Positions 36,001 to 50,060 of a DNA stretch of 64,000 nt are shown here, piece by piece. Every line of letters starts with the position of its first letter. Position 1 is the stretch's first letter. The stretch covers positions 417,012,001-417,076,000 of the forward strand of contig OZ024740.1 in NCBI GenBank assembly GCA_964016885.1, read 5' to 3'. Below the pieces are notes generated by a model that searched no databases, had not been told where the DNA came from, and worked only from the letters and a program-made list of their open reading frames with translations. The position numbers and the translations under genes are program-made. Origin of the DNA: Eledone cirrhosa (lineage: Eukaryota).

Positions 36001-39000
36001 GATCATAGCATATACTCCTCACTAGATAACACTACTACAATAATCATACCATATACTCCTTATTAGATAACACTATCTCAATGATCATAGCATATACTCC
36101 TTACTAGATAACACTACCTCAATGATCATAGCATATACTCCTCACTAGATAACACTACCTCAATGATCATATCATATACTCCTCACTAGATAACACTACC
36201 TCAACGATCATAGCATATACTCCTCACGAGATAACACTACCTCAATGATCATATCATATACTCCTCACTAGATAACACTACTACAATTATCATAGCACAT
36301 ACTCCTCGCTACATAACACTACCTCAATGATCATAGCATATACTCCTCACTAGATAACACTACCTCAATGATCATAGCATATACTCCTTACTAGAATACA
36401 CTATCTCAATAATCATAGCATATACTCCTCACTAGATAACACTATCTCAATCATCATATCATATACTCCTTACTAGATAACACTACCTCAATGATCATAG
36501 CATATACTCCTTATTAGATAACACTACCTCAACGATCATAGCATATACTCCTCACGAGATAACACTACCTCAATGATCATATCATATACTCCTCACTAGA
36601 TAACACTACTACAATTATCATAGCACATACTCCTCGCTACATAACACTACCTCAATGATCATAGCATATACTCCTCACTAGATAACACTACCTCAATGAT
36701 CATAGCATATACTCCTCACTAGATAACACTACTACAATTATCATAGCACATACTCCTCGCTACATAACACTACCTCAATGATCATAGCATATACTCCTCA
36801 CTAGATAACACTACCTCAATGATCATAGCATATACTCCTCACTAGATAACACTACTACAATTATCATAGCATATACTCCTCGCTACATAACACTACCTCA
36901 CTGATAGCATATACTCCTCACTAGATAACACTACCTCAATGATCATAGCATATACTCCTCACTAGATAATACTTCCTCAATGATCATAGCATATACTCCT
37001 CACTAGATAACACTACTACAATGATCATAGCGTATACTCCTTACTAGATAACACTATCTCAATGATCAAAGCATATACTCCTTACTAGATAACACTACCT
37101 CAATAATCATGGCATATACTCCTCACTAGATAACACTACCTCAATGATCATATCATATACTCCTCACTAGATAACACTACCTCAATGATCATAGCATATA
37201 CTCCTTATTAGATAACACTACCTCAATAATCATGGCATATACTCCTCACTAGATAACACTACCTCAATGATCATAACATATACTCCTCACTATATAACAC
37301 TACCTCAATGATCATAACATATACTCCTCACTAGATAACACTATCTCAATGATCATAGCATATACTCCTCACCAGATAACACTATCTCAATGATCATAAC
37401 ATATACTCCTCACTAGATAACACTACCTCAATGATCATAGCATATACTCCTTATTAGATAACACTACCTCAATGATCATAGCATATACTCCTTATTAGAT
37501 AACACTATCTCAATGATTATATCATATACTCCTCAATAGATAACACTAGCTCAATGATCATATCATATACTCCTCACTAGATAACACTACCTCAATGATC
37601 ATAGCATATACTCCTCACTAGATAACACTACCTTAATGATCATATCATATAATCCTCACTAGATAACACTACCTCAATGATCATAGGATATACTCCTTAC
37701 TAGATAACACTACCTCAATGATCATAGCATATACTCCTCACTAGATAACACTACCTCAATGATCATATCATATACTCCTTACTAGATAACACTACCTCAA
37801 TGATCATAGCATATACTCCTTATTAGATATCACTACCTCAATGATCATAGCATATACTCCTCACTAGATAACACTACCTCAATGATCATATCATATACTC
37901 CTCACTAGATAACACTACCTCAATGATCATATCATATACTCCTCACTAGATAACACTACTACAATGATCATAGCGTATACTCCTCACTAAATAACACTAC
38001 TACAATGATCATAGCATATACTCCTTACTAGATAACACTACCTCAATGATCATAGCATATACTCCTTATTAGATAACACTACCTCAATGATCATAGCATA
38101 TACTCCTCACTAGATAACAGTATCTCAATGATCATATCATATACTCCTCACTAGATAAAACTATCTCAATGATCATAGCATATACTCCTTATTAGATTAC
38201 ACTACCTCAATGATCATAGCATATACTCCTTACTAGATAACACTATCTCAATAATCATAGCATATACTCCTCACTAGATAACACTATCTCAATCATCATA
38301 TCATATACTCCTTACTAGATAACACTACCTCAATGATCATAGCATATACTCCTTATTAGATATCACTACCTCAATGATCATAGCATATACTCCTCACTAG
38401 ATAACACTACCTCAATGATCATAGCATATACTCCTCACTAGATAACACTACCTCAATGATCATAGCATATACTCCTCACTAGATAACACTACCTCAATGA
38501 TCATAGCATATACTCCTCACTAGATAACACTACCTCAATGATCACAGCATATACTCCTCACTAGATAACACTACCTCAATGATCATAGCATATACTCCTC
38601 ACTAGATAACACTACCTCAATGATCATAGCATATACTCCTCACTAGATAACACTACCTCAATGATCATAGCATATACTCCTCACTAGATAACACTACCTC
38701 AATGATCATAGCATATACTCCTCACTAGATAACACTACCTCAATGATCATAGCATATACTCCTCACTAGATAACACTACCTCAATGATCATAGCATATAC
38801 TCCTTACTAGATAACACTACCTCAATGATCATATCATATACTCCTCAATAGATAACACTACTACAATGATCATAGCATATACTCCTCACTAGATAACACT
38901 ACCTCAATGATCATATCATATACTCCTCACTAGATGACACTAGTACAATGATCAGAGCATATACTCCTTACTAGATAACACTACCTCAATGATCATAGCA

Positions 39001-42000
39001 TATACTCCTCAATAGATAACACTACCTCAATGATCATAGCATATACTCCTCACTAGATAACACTACTACAATAATCATACCATATACTCCTTATTAGATA
39101 ACACTATCTCAATGATCATAGCATATACTCCTTACTAGATAACACTACCTCAATGATCATAGCATATACTCCTCACTAGATAACACTACCTCAATGATCA
39201 TATCATATACTCCTCACTAGATAACACTACCTCAACGATCATAGCATATACTCCTCATTAGATAACACTACTACAATGATCATAGCATATACTCCTCACT
39301 AGATAACACTACCTCAACGATCATATCATATACTCCTCACTAGATAACACTACTACAATGATCATAGCATATACTCCTCACTAGATAACACTACCTCAAT
39401 TATCATAGCATATACTCCTCACTAGATAACACTACCTCAATGATCATAGCATATACTCCTCACTAGATAACACTACCTCAATGATCATAGCATATACTCC
39501 TCACTAGATAACACTACCTCAATAATCATGGCATATACTCCTCACTAGATAACACTACCTCAATAATCATGGCATATACTCCTCACTAGATAACACTATT
39601 ACAATGATCATAGCATATACTCCTCACTAGATGACACTACTACAATGATCATAGCATATACTCCTTACTAGATAACACTACCTCAATGATCATAGCATAT
39701 ACTCCTCACTACATGACACTACTACAATGATCATAGCATATACTCCTCACTAGATAACACTACCTCAATGATCATAGCATATACTCCTCACTAGATAACA
39801 CTACTACAATGATCATAGCATATACTCCTCACTAGATAACACTACCTCAATGATCATAGCATATACTCCTTATTAGATATCACTACCTCAATGATCATAG
39901 CATATACTCCTTACTAGATAACACTATCTCAATGATCATAGCATATACTCCTTACTAGATAACACTACCTCAATGATCATAGCATATACTCCTCACTACA
40001 TGACACTACTAGAATGATCATAGCATATACTCCTCACTAGATAACACTACCTCAATGATCATAGCATATACTCCTCACTAGATAACACTACTACAATGAT
40101 CATAGCATATACTCCTCACTAGATAACACTACCTCAATGATCATAGCATATACTCCTCACTACATAACACTACTACAATGATTGTAGCATATACTCCTCA
40201 CTAGATAACACTTCTACAATGATCGTAGCATATACTCCTCACTAGATAGCACTACTACAATGATCATAGCATATACTCCTTACTAGATAACACTACTACA
40301 ATGATCATAGCATATACTCCTTACTAGATAACACTATCTCAATGATCATAGCATATACTCCTTACTAGATAACACTACCTCAATGATCATAGCATATACT
40401 CCTCACTACATGACACTACTACAATGATTGTAGCATATACTCATCACTAGATAACACTTCTACAATGATCATAGCATATACTCCTCACTAGATAACACTA
40501 CTACAATGATTGTAGCATATACTCCTCACTAGATAACACTTCAACAATGATCATAGCATATACTCCTCACTACATAACACTACTACAATGATTGTAGCAT
40601 ATACTCATCATAAGATAACACTTCTACAATGATCATACCATATACTCCTCACTAGATAACACTACCTCAATGATCATAGCATATACTCCTTACTAGATAA
40701 CACTACCTCAATGATCATAGCATATACTCCTCACTAGATAACACTACCTCAATAATCATGGCATATACTCCTCACTAGATAACACTACCTCAATGATCAT
40801 AGCATATACTCCTCACTAGATAACACTACCTCAATAATCATGGCATATACTCCTCACTAGATTACACTACCTCAATGAAAATATCATATACTCCTCACTA
40901 GATGACACTAGTACAATGATCAGAGCATATACTCCTTACTAGATAAAACTACCTCAATGATCATAGCATATACTCCTCACTAGATAACACTACCTCAATG
41001 ATCATAACATATACTCCTCACTAGATAACACTACCTCAATGATCATAGCATATACTCCTCACTACATGACACTACCTCAATGATCATATCATATACTCCT
41101 TACTAGATAACACTACCTCAATGATCATAGCATATACTCCTCACTAGATAACACTACCTCAATGATCATAGCATATACTCCTCACTAGATAACACTACCT
41201 CAATGATCATAGCATATACTCCTCACTAGATAACTCTACCTCAATGATCATAACATATACTCCTTACTAGATAACACTATTACAATGATCATAACATATA
41301 CTCCTCACTAGATAACACTACCTCAATGATCATAGCATATACTCCTCACTAGATAACTCTACCTCAATGATCATAGCATATACTCCTCACTAGATAACAC
41401 TACCTCAATGATCATAACATATACTCCTCACTAGATAACTCTACCTCAATGATCATAGCATATACTCCTCACTAGATAACACTACTACAATGATCATATC
41501 ATATACTCCTCACTAGATAACACTACCTCAATGATAGCATATACTCCTCACTAGATAACACTACCTCAATGATCATATCATATACTCCTCACTAGATAAC
41601 ACTACCTCAATGATCATAGCATATACTCCTCACTAGATAACACTACCTCAATGATCATAGCATATACTCCTCACTAGATGACACTAGTACAATGATCATA
41701 ACATATACTCCTCACTAGATTACACTACCTCAATGATCATAGCATATACTCCTCACTAGATAACACTACCTCATTATCATAGCATATACTCCTCACTAGA
41801 TAACTCTACCTCATTGATCATAGCATATACTCCTCACTAGATAACTATACCTCATTGATCATAGCATATACTCCTCACTAGATAACTCTACCTCATTGAT
41901 CATAGCATATACTCCTCACTAGATAACACTACCTCAATGATCATAGCATATACTCCTCACTAGATAACACTACCTCATTGATCATAGCATATACTCCTCA

Positions 42001-45000
42001 CTAGATAACTCTACCTCATTGATCATAGCATATACTCCTCACTAGATAACACTACCTCAATGATCATAGCATATACTCCTCACTAGATAACTATACCTCA
42101 TTGATCATAGCATATACTCCTCACTAGATAACTCTACCTCATTGATCATAGCATATACTCCTCACTAGATAACACTACCTCAATGATCATAGCATATACT
42201 CCTCACTAGATAACTCTACCTCATTGATCATAACATATACTCCTCACTAGATTACACTACCTCAATGATCATAGCATATACTCCTCACTAGATAACACTA
42301 CCTCATTATCATAGCATATACTCCTCACTAGATAACTCTACCTCATTGATCATAGCATATACTCCTCACTAGATAACACTACCTCAATGATCATAGCATA
42401 TAATCCTAACTAGATAACACTACCTCAATGATCATAGCATATACTCCTCACTAGATAACACTACCTCAATTATCATAGCATATACTCCTCACTACATAAC
42501 ACTACTACAATGATCATAACATATACTCCTCACTAGATAACACTACCTCAATGATCATAGCATATACTCCTCACTAGATAACACTACCTCAATGATCATA
42601 ACATATACTCCTCACTAGATAACACTATCTCAATGATCATATCATATACTCCTCACTAGATAACACTACCTCAATGATCATAGCATATTCTCCTCACTAG
42701 ATAACACTACCTCAATGATCATAGCATATACTCCTCACTAGATAACACTACTACAATGATGATAACATATACTCCTCACTAGATAACACTACCTCAATTA
42801 TCATAGCATATACTCTTCACTACATAACACTACTACAATGATCATAACATATACTCCTCACTAGATAACACTACCGCAATGATCATAGCATATACTCCTC
42901 ACTAGATAACACTACCTCAATGATCATAGCATATACTCCTTACAAGATAACACTACCTCAATGATCATAGCATATACTCCTCACTAGATAACACTACTAC
43001 GATGATCATAACATATACTCCTCACTAGATAACACTACCTCAATGATCATAACATATACTCCTCACTAGATAACACTACCTCAATGATCATAGCATATAC
43101 TCCTCACTAGATAACACTACTACGATGATCATAACATATACTCCTCACTAGATAATACTGCCTCAATGATCATAGCATATACTCCTCACTAGATAACACT
43201 ACCTCAATGATCATAGCATATACTCCTCACTAGATAACACTACCTCAATGATCATAGCATATACTCCTCACGAGATAACACTACCTCAATGATCATATCA
43301 TATACTCCTCACTAGATAACACTACCTCAATGATAGCATATACTCCTCACTAGATAACACTACCTCATTATCATATCATATACTCCTCACTAGATAACAC
43401 TACCTCAATGATCATAGCATATACTCCTCACTTGATAACACTACCTCAATGATCATAGCATATACTCCTCACTAGATAACACTACTACAATTATCATAGC
43501 ACATACTCCTCGCTACATAACACTACCTCAATGATCATAGCATATACTCCTCACTAGATAACACTACCTCAATGATCATAGCATATACTCCTCACTAGAT
43601 AACACTACTACAATTATCATAGCACATACTCCTCGCTACATAACACTACCTCAATGATCATAGCATATACTCCTCACTAGATAACACTACCTCAATGATC
43701 ATAGCATATACTCCTCACTAGATAACACTACTACAATTATCATAGCATATACTCCTCGCTACATAACACTACCTCACTGATAGCATATACTCCTCACTAG
43801 ATAACACTACCTCAATGATCATAGCATATACTCCTCACTAGATAATACTTCCTCAATGATCATAGCATATACTCCTCACTAGATAACACTACTACAATGA
43901 TCATAGCGTATACTCCTTACTAGATAACACTATCTCAATGATCAAAGCATATACTCCTTACTAGATAACACTACCTCAATAATCATGGCATATACTCCTC
44001 ACTAGATAACACTACCTCAATGATCATATCATATACTCCTCACTAGATAACACTACCTCAATGATCATAGCATATACTCCTTATTAGATAACACTACCTC
44101 AATAATCATGGCATATACTCCTCACTAGATAACACTACCTCAATGATCATAACATATACTCCTCACTATATAACACTACCTCAATGATCATAACATATAC
44201 TCCTCACTAGATAACACTATCTCAATGATCATAGCATATACTCCTCACCAGATAACACTATCTCAATGATCATAACATATACTCCTCACTAGATAACACT
44301 ACCTCAATGATCATAGCATATACTCCTTATTAGATAACACTACCTCAATGATCATAGCATATACTCCTTATTAGATAACACTATCTCAATGATTATATCA
44401 TATACTCCTCAATAGATAACACTAGCTCAATGATCATATCATATACTCCTCACTAGATAACACTACCTCAATGATCATAGCATATACTCCTCACTAGATA
44501 ACACTACCTTAATGATCATATCATATAATCCTCACTAGATAACACTACCTCAATGATCATAGGATATACTCCTTACTAGATAACACTACCTCAATGATCA
44601 TAGCATATACTCCTCACTAGATAACACTACCTCAATGATCATATCATATACTCCTTACTAGATAACACTACCTCAATGATCATAGCATATACTCCTTATT
44701 AGATATCACTACCTCAATGATCATAGCATATACTCCTCACTAGATAACACTACCTCAATGATCATATCATATACTCCTCACTAGATAACACTACCTCAAT
44801 GATCATATCATATACTCCTCACTAGATAACACTACTACAATGATCATAGCGTATACTCCTCACTAGATAACACTACTACAATGATCATAGCATATACTCC
44901 TTACTAGATAACACTACCTCAATGATCATAGCATATACTCCTTATTAGATAACACTACCTCAATGATCATAGCATATACTCCTCACTAGATAACAGTATC

Positions 45001-48000
45001 TCAATGATCATATCATATACTCCTCACTAGATAAAACTATCTCAATGATCATAGCATATACTCCTTATTAGATTACACTACCTCAATGATCATAGCATAT
45101 ACTCCTTACTAGATAACACTATCTCAATAATCATAGCATATACTCCTCACTAGATAACACTATCTCAATGATCATATCATATACTCCTTACTAGATAACA
45201 CTACCTCAATGATCATAGCATATACTCCTTATTAGATATCACTACCTCAATGATCATAGCATATACTCCTCACTAGATAACACTACCTCAATGATCATAG
45301 CATATACTCCTCACTAGATATCACTACCTCAATGATCATAGCATATACTCCTCACTAGATAACACTACTACAATGATCATATCTTATACTCCTTACTAGA
45401 TAACACTACCTCAATAATCATATCATATACTCCTCACTAGATAACACTACTACAATGATCATAGCTTATACTCCTTACTAGATAACACTACCTCAATGAT
45501 CATAGCATATACTCCTTATTAGATAACACTACCTCAATGATCATAGCATATACTCCTCACTAGATAACACTACCTCAATGATCATAGCATATACTCCTTA
45601 TTAGATAACACTACCTAAATGATCATAGCATATACTCCTCACTAGATAACACTATCTCAATGATCATATCATATACTCCTCACTAGATAAAACTACTACA
45701 ATGATCATAACATATACTCCTCACTAGATAACACTACCTCAATGATCATAGCAAAATACTCCTCACTAGATGACACTACTACAATGATCATAGCATATAC
45801 TCCTTATTAGATAACACTACCTCAATGATCATAGCATATACTCCTTACCCAATAACACTATCTCAATGATCATAGCATATACTCCTCACTAGATAACACT
45901 ATCTCAATGATTATATCATATACTCCTCAATAGTTAACACTACCTCAATGATCATATCATATACTCCTCACTATATAACACTACTACAATGATCGTAGCA
46001 TATACTCCTCACTAGATAACACTACCTCAATGATAGCATATAATCCTCACTAGATAACACTACCTCAATGATCATAGGATATACTCCTCACTACATAGCA
46101 TTACTACAAAGATCATAGCATATACTCCTTACTAGATAACACTACCTCAATGATCATAGCATATACTCCTCTCTAGATAACACTACCTCAATGATCATAG
46201 CATATACTCCTTATTAGATATCACTACCTCAATGATCATAGCATATACCCCTTATTAGATAACACTATCTCAATGATCATAGCATATACTCCTTATTAGT
46301 TAACACTATCTCAATGATCATAGCATATACTCCTCACTAGATTACACTACCTCAATGATCATAGCGTATACTCCTTACTAGATAACACTACCTCAATGAT
46401 CATAGCATATACTCCTTACTAGATAACACTATCTCAATAATCATAGCATATACTCCTCACAAGATAACACTATCTCAATGATTATATCATATACTCCTTA
46501 CTAGATAACACTATCTCAATGATCATAGCATATACTCCTCACGAGATGACACTACTACAATGATCATAGCATATACTCCTCACTAGATAACACTACTACA
46601 ATGATCATGTCATATACTCCTCACTAGATAACACTACCTCAATGATCATAGCATATACTCCTTATTAGATAACACTATCTCAATGATCATATCATATACT
46701 CCTCAATAGATAACACTACCTCAATGATCATAGCATATACTCCTTACCCAATAACACTATCTCAATGATCATAGCATATACTCCTCACAAGATAACACTA
46801 CCTCAATGATCATAGCATATACTCCTCTCTAGATAACACTACTACAATGATCATATCTTATACTCCTTACTAGATAACACTATCTCAATAATCATAGCAT
46901 ATACTCCTCACTAGATAACACTATCTCATTGATCATAGCGTATACTCCTTATTAGATAACACTACCTCAATGATCATAGCATATACTCCTCACTAGATAA
47001 CACTATCTCAATAATCATGGCATATACTCCTCACTAGATAACACTACCTCAATGATCATAGCATATACTCCTCACTATATAACTGTACTACAATGATCAT
47101 AGCATATACTCCTCACTAGAAAACACTAGTACAATGATCATAGCATATACTCCTCACTAGATAACACTACCTCAATGATCATAGCATATACTCCTCACTA
47201 GATAACACTACCTCAATGATAGCATATACTCCTCACTAGATAACACTACCTCAATGATCATAGCATATACTCCTCACTAGATAACACTACCTCAATGATC
47301 ATAGCATATACTCCTCACTAGATAACACTACCTCAATGATAGCATATACTCCTCACTAGATAACACTACCTCAATGATCATAGCATATACTCCTCACTAG
47401 ATAACACTACCTCAATGATAGCATATACTCCTCACTAGATAACACTACCTCAATGATAGCATATACTCCTCACTAGATAACACTACCTCAATGATAGCAT
47501 ATACTCCTCACTAGATAACACTACCTCAATGATCATATCATATACTCCTCACTAGATAACACTACTACAATGATAACATATACTCCTCACTAGATAACAC
47601 TATTCCAATGATAGCATATACTCCTCACTAGATAACTCTATCTCAATGATCATAGCATATATTCCTCACTAGATAACACTACTTCAATGATAGCATATAC
47701 TCCTCACTAGATAACACTACCTCAATGATAGCATATACTCCTCACTAGATAACACTACCTCAATGATAGCATATACTCCTCACTAGATAACACTACCTCA
47801 ATGATCATATCATATACTCCTCACTAGATAACACTACTACAATGATAACATATACTCCTCACTAGATAACACTATTCCAATGATAGCAAATACTCCTCAC
47901 TAGATAACTCTATCTCAATGATCATAGCATATACTCCTTACTAGATAACACTACTTCAATGATAGCATATACTCCTCACTAGATAACTCTATCTCAATGA

Positions 48001-49105
48001 TCATAGCATATATTCCTCACTAGATAACACTACCTCAATGATAGCATATACTCCTCACTAGATAACACTACCTCAATGATTACATATACTCCTCACTATA
48101 TAACACTACCTCAATGATCATAGCATATACTCCTTACTAGATAACACTACCTCAATGATAGCATATACTCCTCACTAGATAACACTACCTCAATGATAGC
48201 ATATACTCCTCACTAGATAACTCTATCTCAATGATCATAGCATATACTCCTCACTAGATAAATACTACCTCAATGATAACATATACTCCTCACTAGATAA
48301 ACGCTACTTCAATGATAACATATACTCCTCACTAGATAAACACTACTTCAATGATAACATATACTCCTCACTAGATAATCACTACTTCAATGATAACATA
48401 TACTCCTCACTAGATAATCACTACTTCAATGATAACATATACTCCTCACTAGATAATCACTACTTCAATGATAACATATACTCCTCACTAGATAAACACT
48501 ACCTCAATGATAACATATACTCCTCACTAGATAACTCTATCTCAATGATAACATATACTCCTCACTAGATAACTCTATCTCAATGATCATAACATATACT
48601 CCTCACTAGATAACTCTATCTCAATGATCATAACATATACTCCTCACTAGATAACTCTATCTCAATGATCATAACATATACTCCTCACTAGATAATCACT
48701 ACTTCAATGATAACATATACTCCTCACTAGATAAACACTACTTCAATGATAACATATACTCCTCACTAGATAATCACTACTTCAATGATAACATATACTC
48801 CTCACTAGATAACTCTATCTCAATGATCATAACATATACTCCTCACTAGATAACTCTATCTCAATGATCATAACATATACTCCTCTCTAGATAAACACTA
48901 CTTCAATGATAACATATACTCCTCACTAGATAAACACTACCTCAATGATAACATATACTCCTCACTAGATAACACTACCTCAATGATAACATATACTCCT
49001 CACTAGATAACATTACCTCAATGATAACATATACTTCTTACTAGATAATACTTCCTCAATGATAACATATACTTCTTACTAGATAATCACTTCTTCAATG
49101 CTCAT
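1..49105. repeat. 41-bp tandem satellite array (~1,200 monomers) with higher-order repeat structure; runs off the left edge of the window
   Basis: Uninterrupted repeats of GATCATAGCATATACTCCTCACTAGATAACACTACCTCAAT with recurrent variants (ACTACTACA, CATATCAT, CCTTACT, 38-bp AATGATAGC deletion). Last recognisable unit ends at ...ATCACTTCTTCAATGCTCATA ~49,105. Confidence 0.99.
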
Positions 49106-49153
49106 ACACCATTTTGCTATGATAATATGACACTGGAGAATGTCATCATTGAT

Positions 49154-49518
49154 CAGTGGTTCCCAAACTGGAGTCCATGGCCTCCTAGGGGACCACAAAG
49201 TGATTTTGGAGGGACTGAGAAGGCTTAGCCAAATTTTCATGGAAGTTTTAAATCTAGGAAGCAATTTTTCAACAATTATTTCTGTCGAAACACATATCCA
49301 ATTAGCAAAACCTCTTTAGAAAGCCTTCAACATGATAGCAGTTTAGGGCATTTTGATATTACTTAAATTAAGTCGTAGTAGAATTGTCATGCATTTCATA
49401 AAAGTTTGTCTTTGAAAAATTTTGGAAGTGCTGCCATAATATAATAGGGGTCCGCGAGTCATCCAAAAATGGTAAGGGGACCGCCGAGAAAAAAATTTGA
49501 AAAGTTTGTGAACCACTG
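49154..49518. mobile_element. hAT-superfamily MITE (Charlie-like ends), 365 bp
   Basis: TIRs CAGTGGTTCCCAAACT (49154-49169) and AGTTTGTGAACCACTG (49503-49518), 15/16 match. 8-bp TSD TCATTGAT (49146-53) / TCATAGAT (49519-26), 7/8 match. Confidence 0.88.
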
Positions 49519-49529
49519 TCATAGATATA

Positions 49530-49712
49530 TGAGGGTCGGCTGAAAAGTTCATAGACTGACTATGAAGGAGTGATGTTAGAGCTATGAAATCTTGCATGCA
49601 TTAATATCAACTGCATTGTTTCTTTCTAGGGAACTATGTTGAAAAATAAACATCATTTGGTTATTCCATGAGAGTATCTTGGTCAGCCTAGGAACCTTTC
49701 AGCCGACCCTTG
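49530..49712. mobile_element. Tc1/mariner MITE, 183 bp
   Basis: ~31-bp TIRs TGAGGGTCGGCTGAAAAGTTCATAGACTGAC and GTCAGCCTAGGAACCTTTCAGCCGACCCTTG, with TA on both sides (49528-29, 49713-14). Confidence 0.88.
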
Positions 49713-49889
49713 TACAAAAAAGTTTGTTTGATAGGACAGATCTAGGGCTAAACAGCATCCACCATCATAACTTGTCCCTTATTGCAGTGATGATGAATAC
49801 TATCATCATTACCACAACAATATGTAACACCAACCAGTGATAAATGAAGCTCTATTTAATTCCAGCAAGAAGATCAGAAAAATTGATGC

Positions 49890-50060
49890 CAAAGGCTGCA
49901 TCAGAATAACAGAAGAAAATTTATAAGTGGTTCAACAATATTTGGTGGTTAAAAGAAAACAACATATAACAAGAATGGAAGATCCTAAAACAATGCAAAC
50001 CTTGTATTAATAGCACAGGACAAAATGTTAGTTGTGCAGGACAGAAACAACTACTAAACA
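49890..50060 (+). pseudogene. Decayed GIY-YIG endonuclease fragment of a Penelope-like retroelement
   Basis: Manual translation across frameshifts and a stop: CIRITEEN..KWFNN..IWWLKENNI*QEWKILKQCKPCINSTG..LCRTE. This resembles the PLE GIY-YIG pattern YIG.TE..FK.R.NNH...IW.LK......W.IL..C.PY.N....C.LC..E. Confidence 0.6.

Noticed and set aside
1-49105. CRISPR-like array or coding repeat
   Set aside because: Monomers are contiguous with no unique spacers, there are no cas genes and the context is eukaryotic. The 41-bp period with frequent stops gives no ORFs.
1-49105. Array of let-7 precursor genes on the minus strand
   Set aside because: UGAGGUAGUG... is let-7-like, but no complementary star arm or pre-miRNA hairpin is visible within or between monomers.
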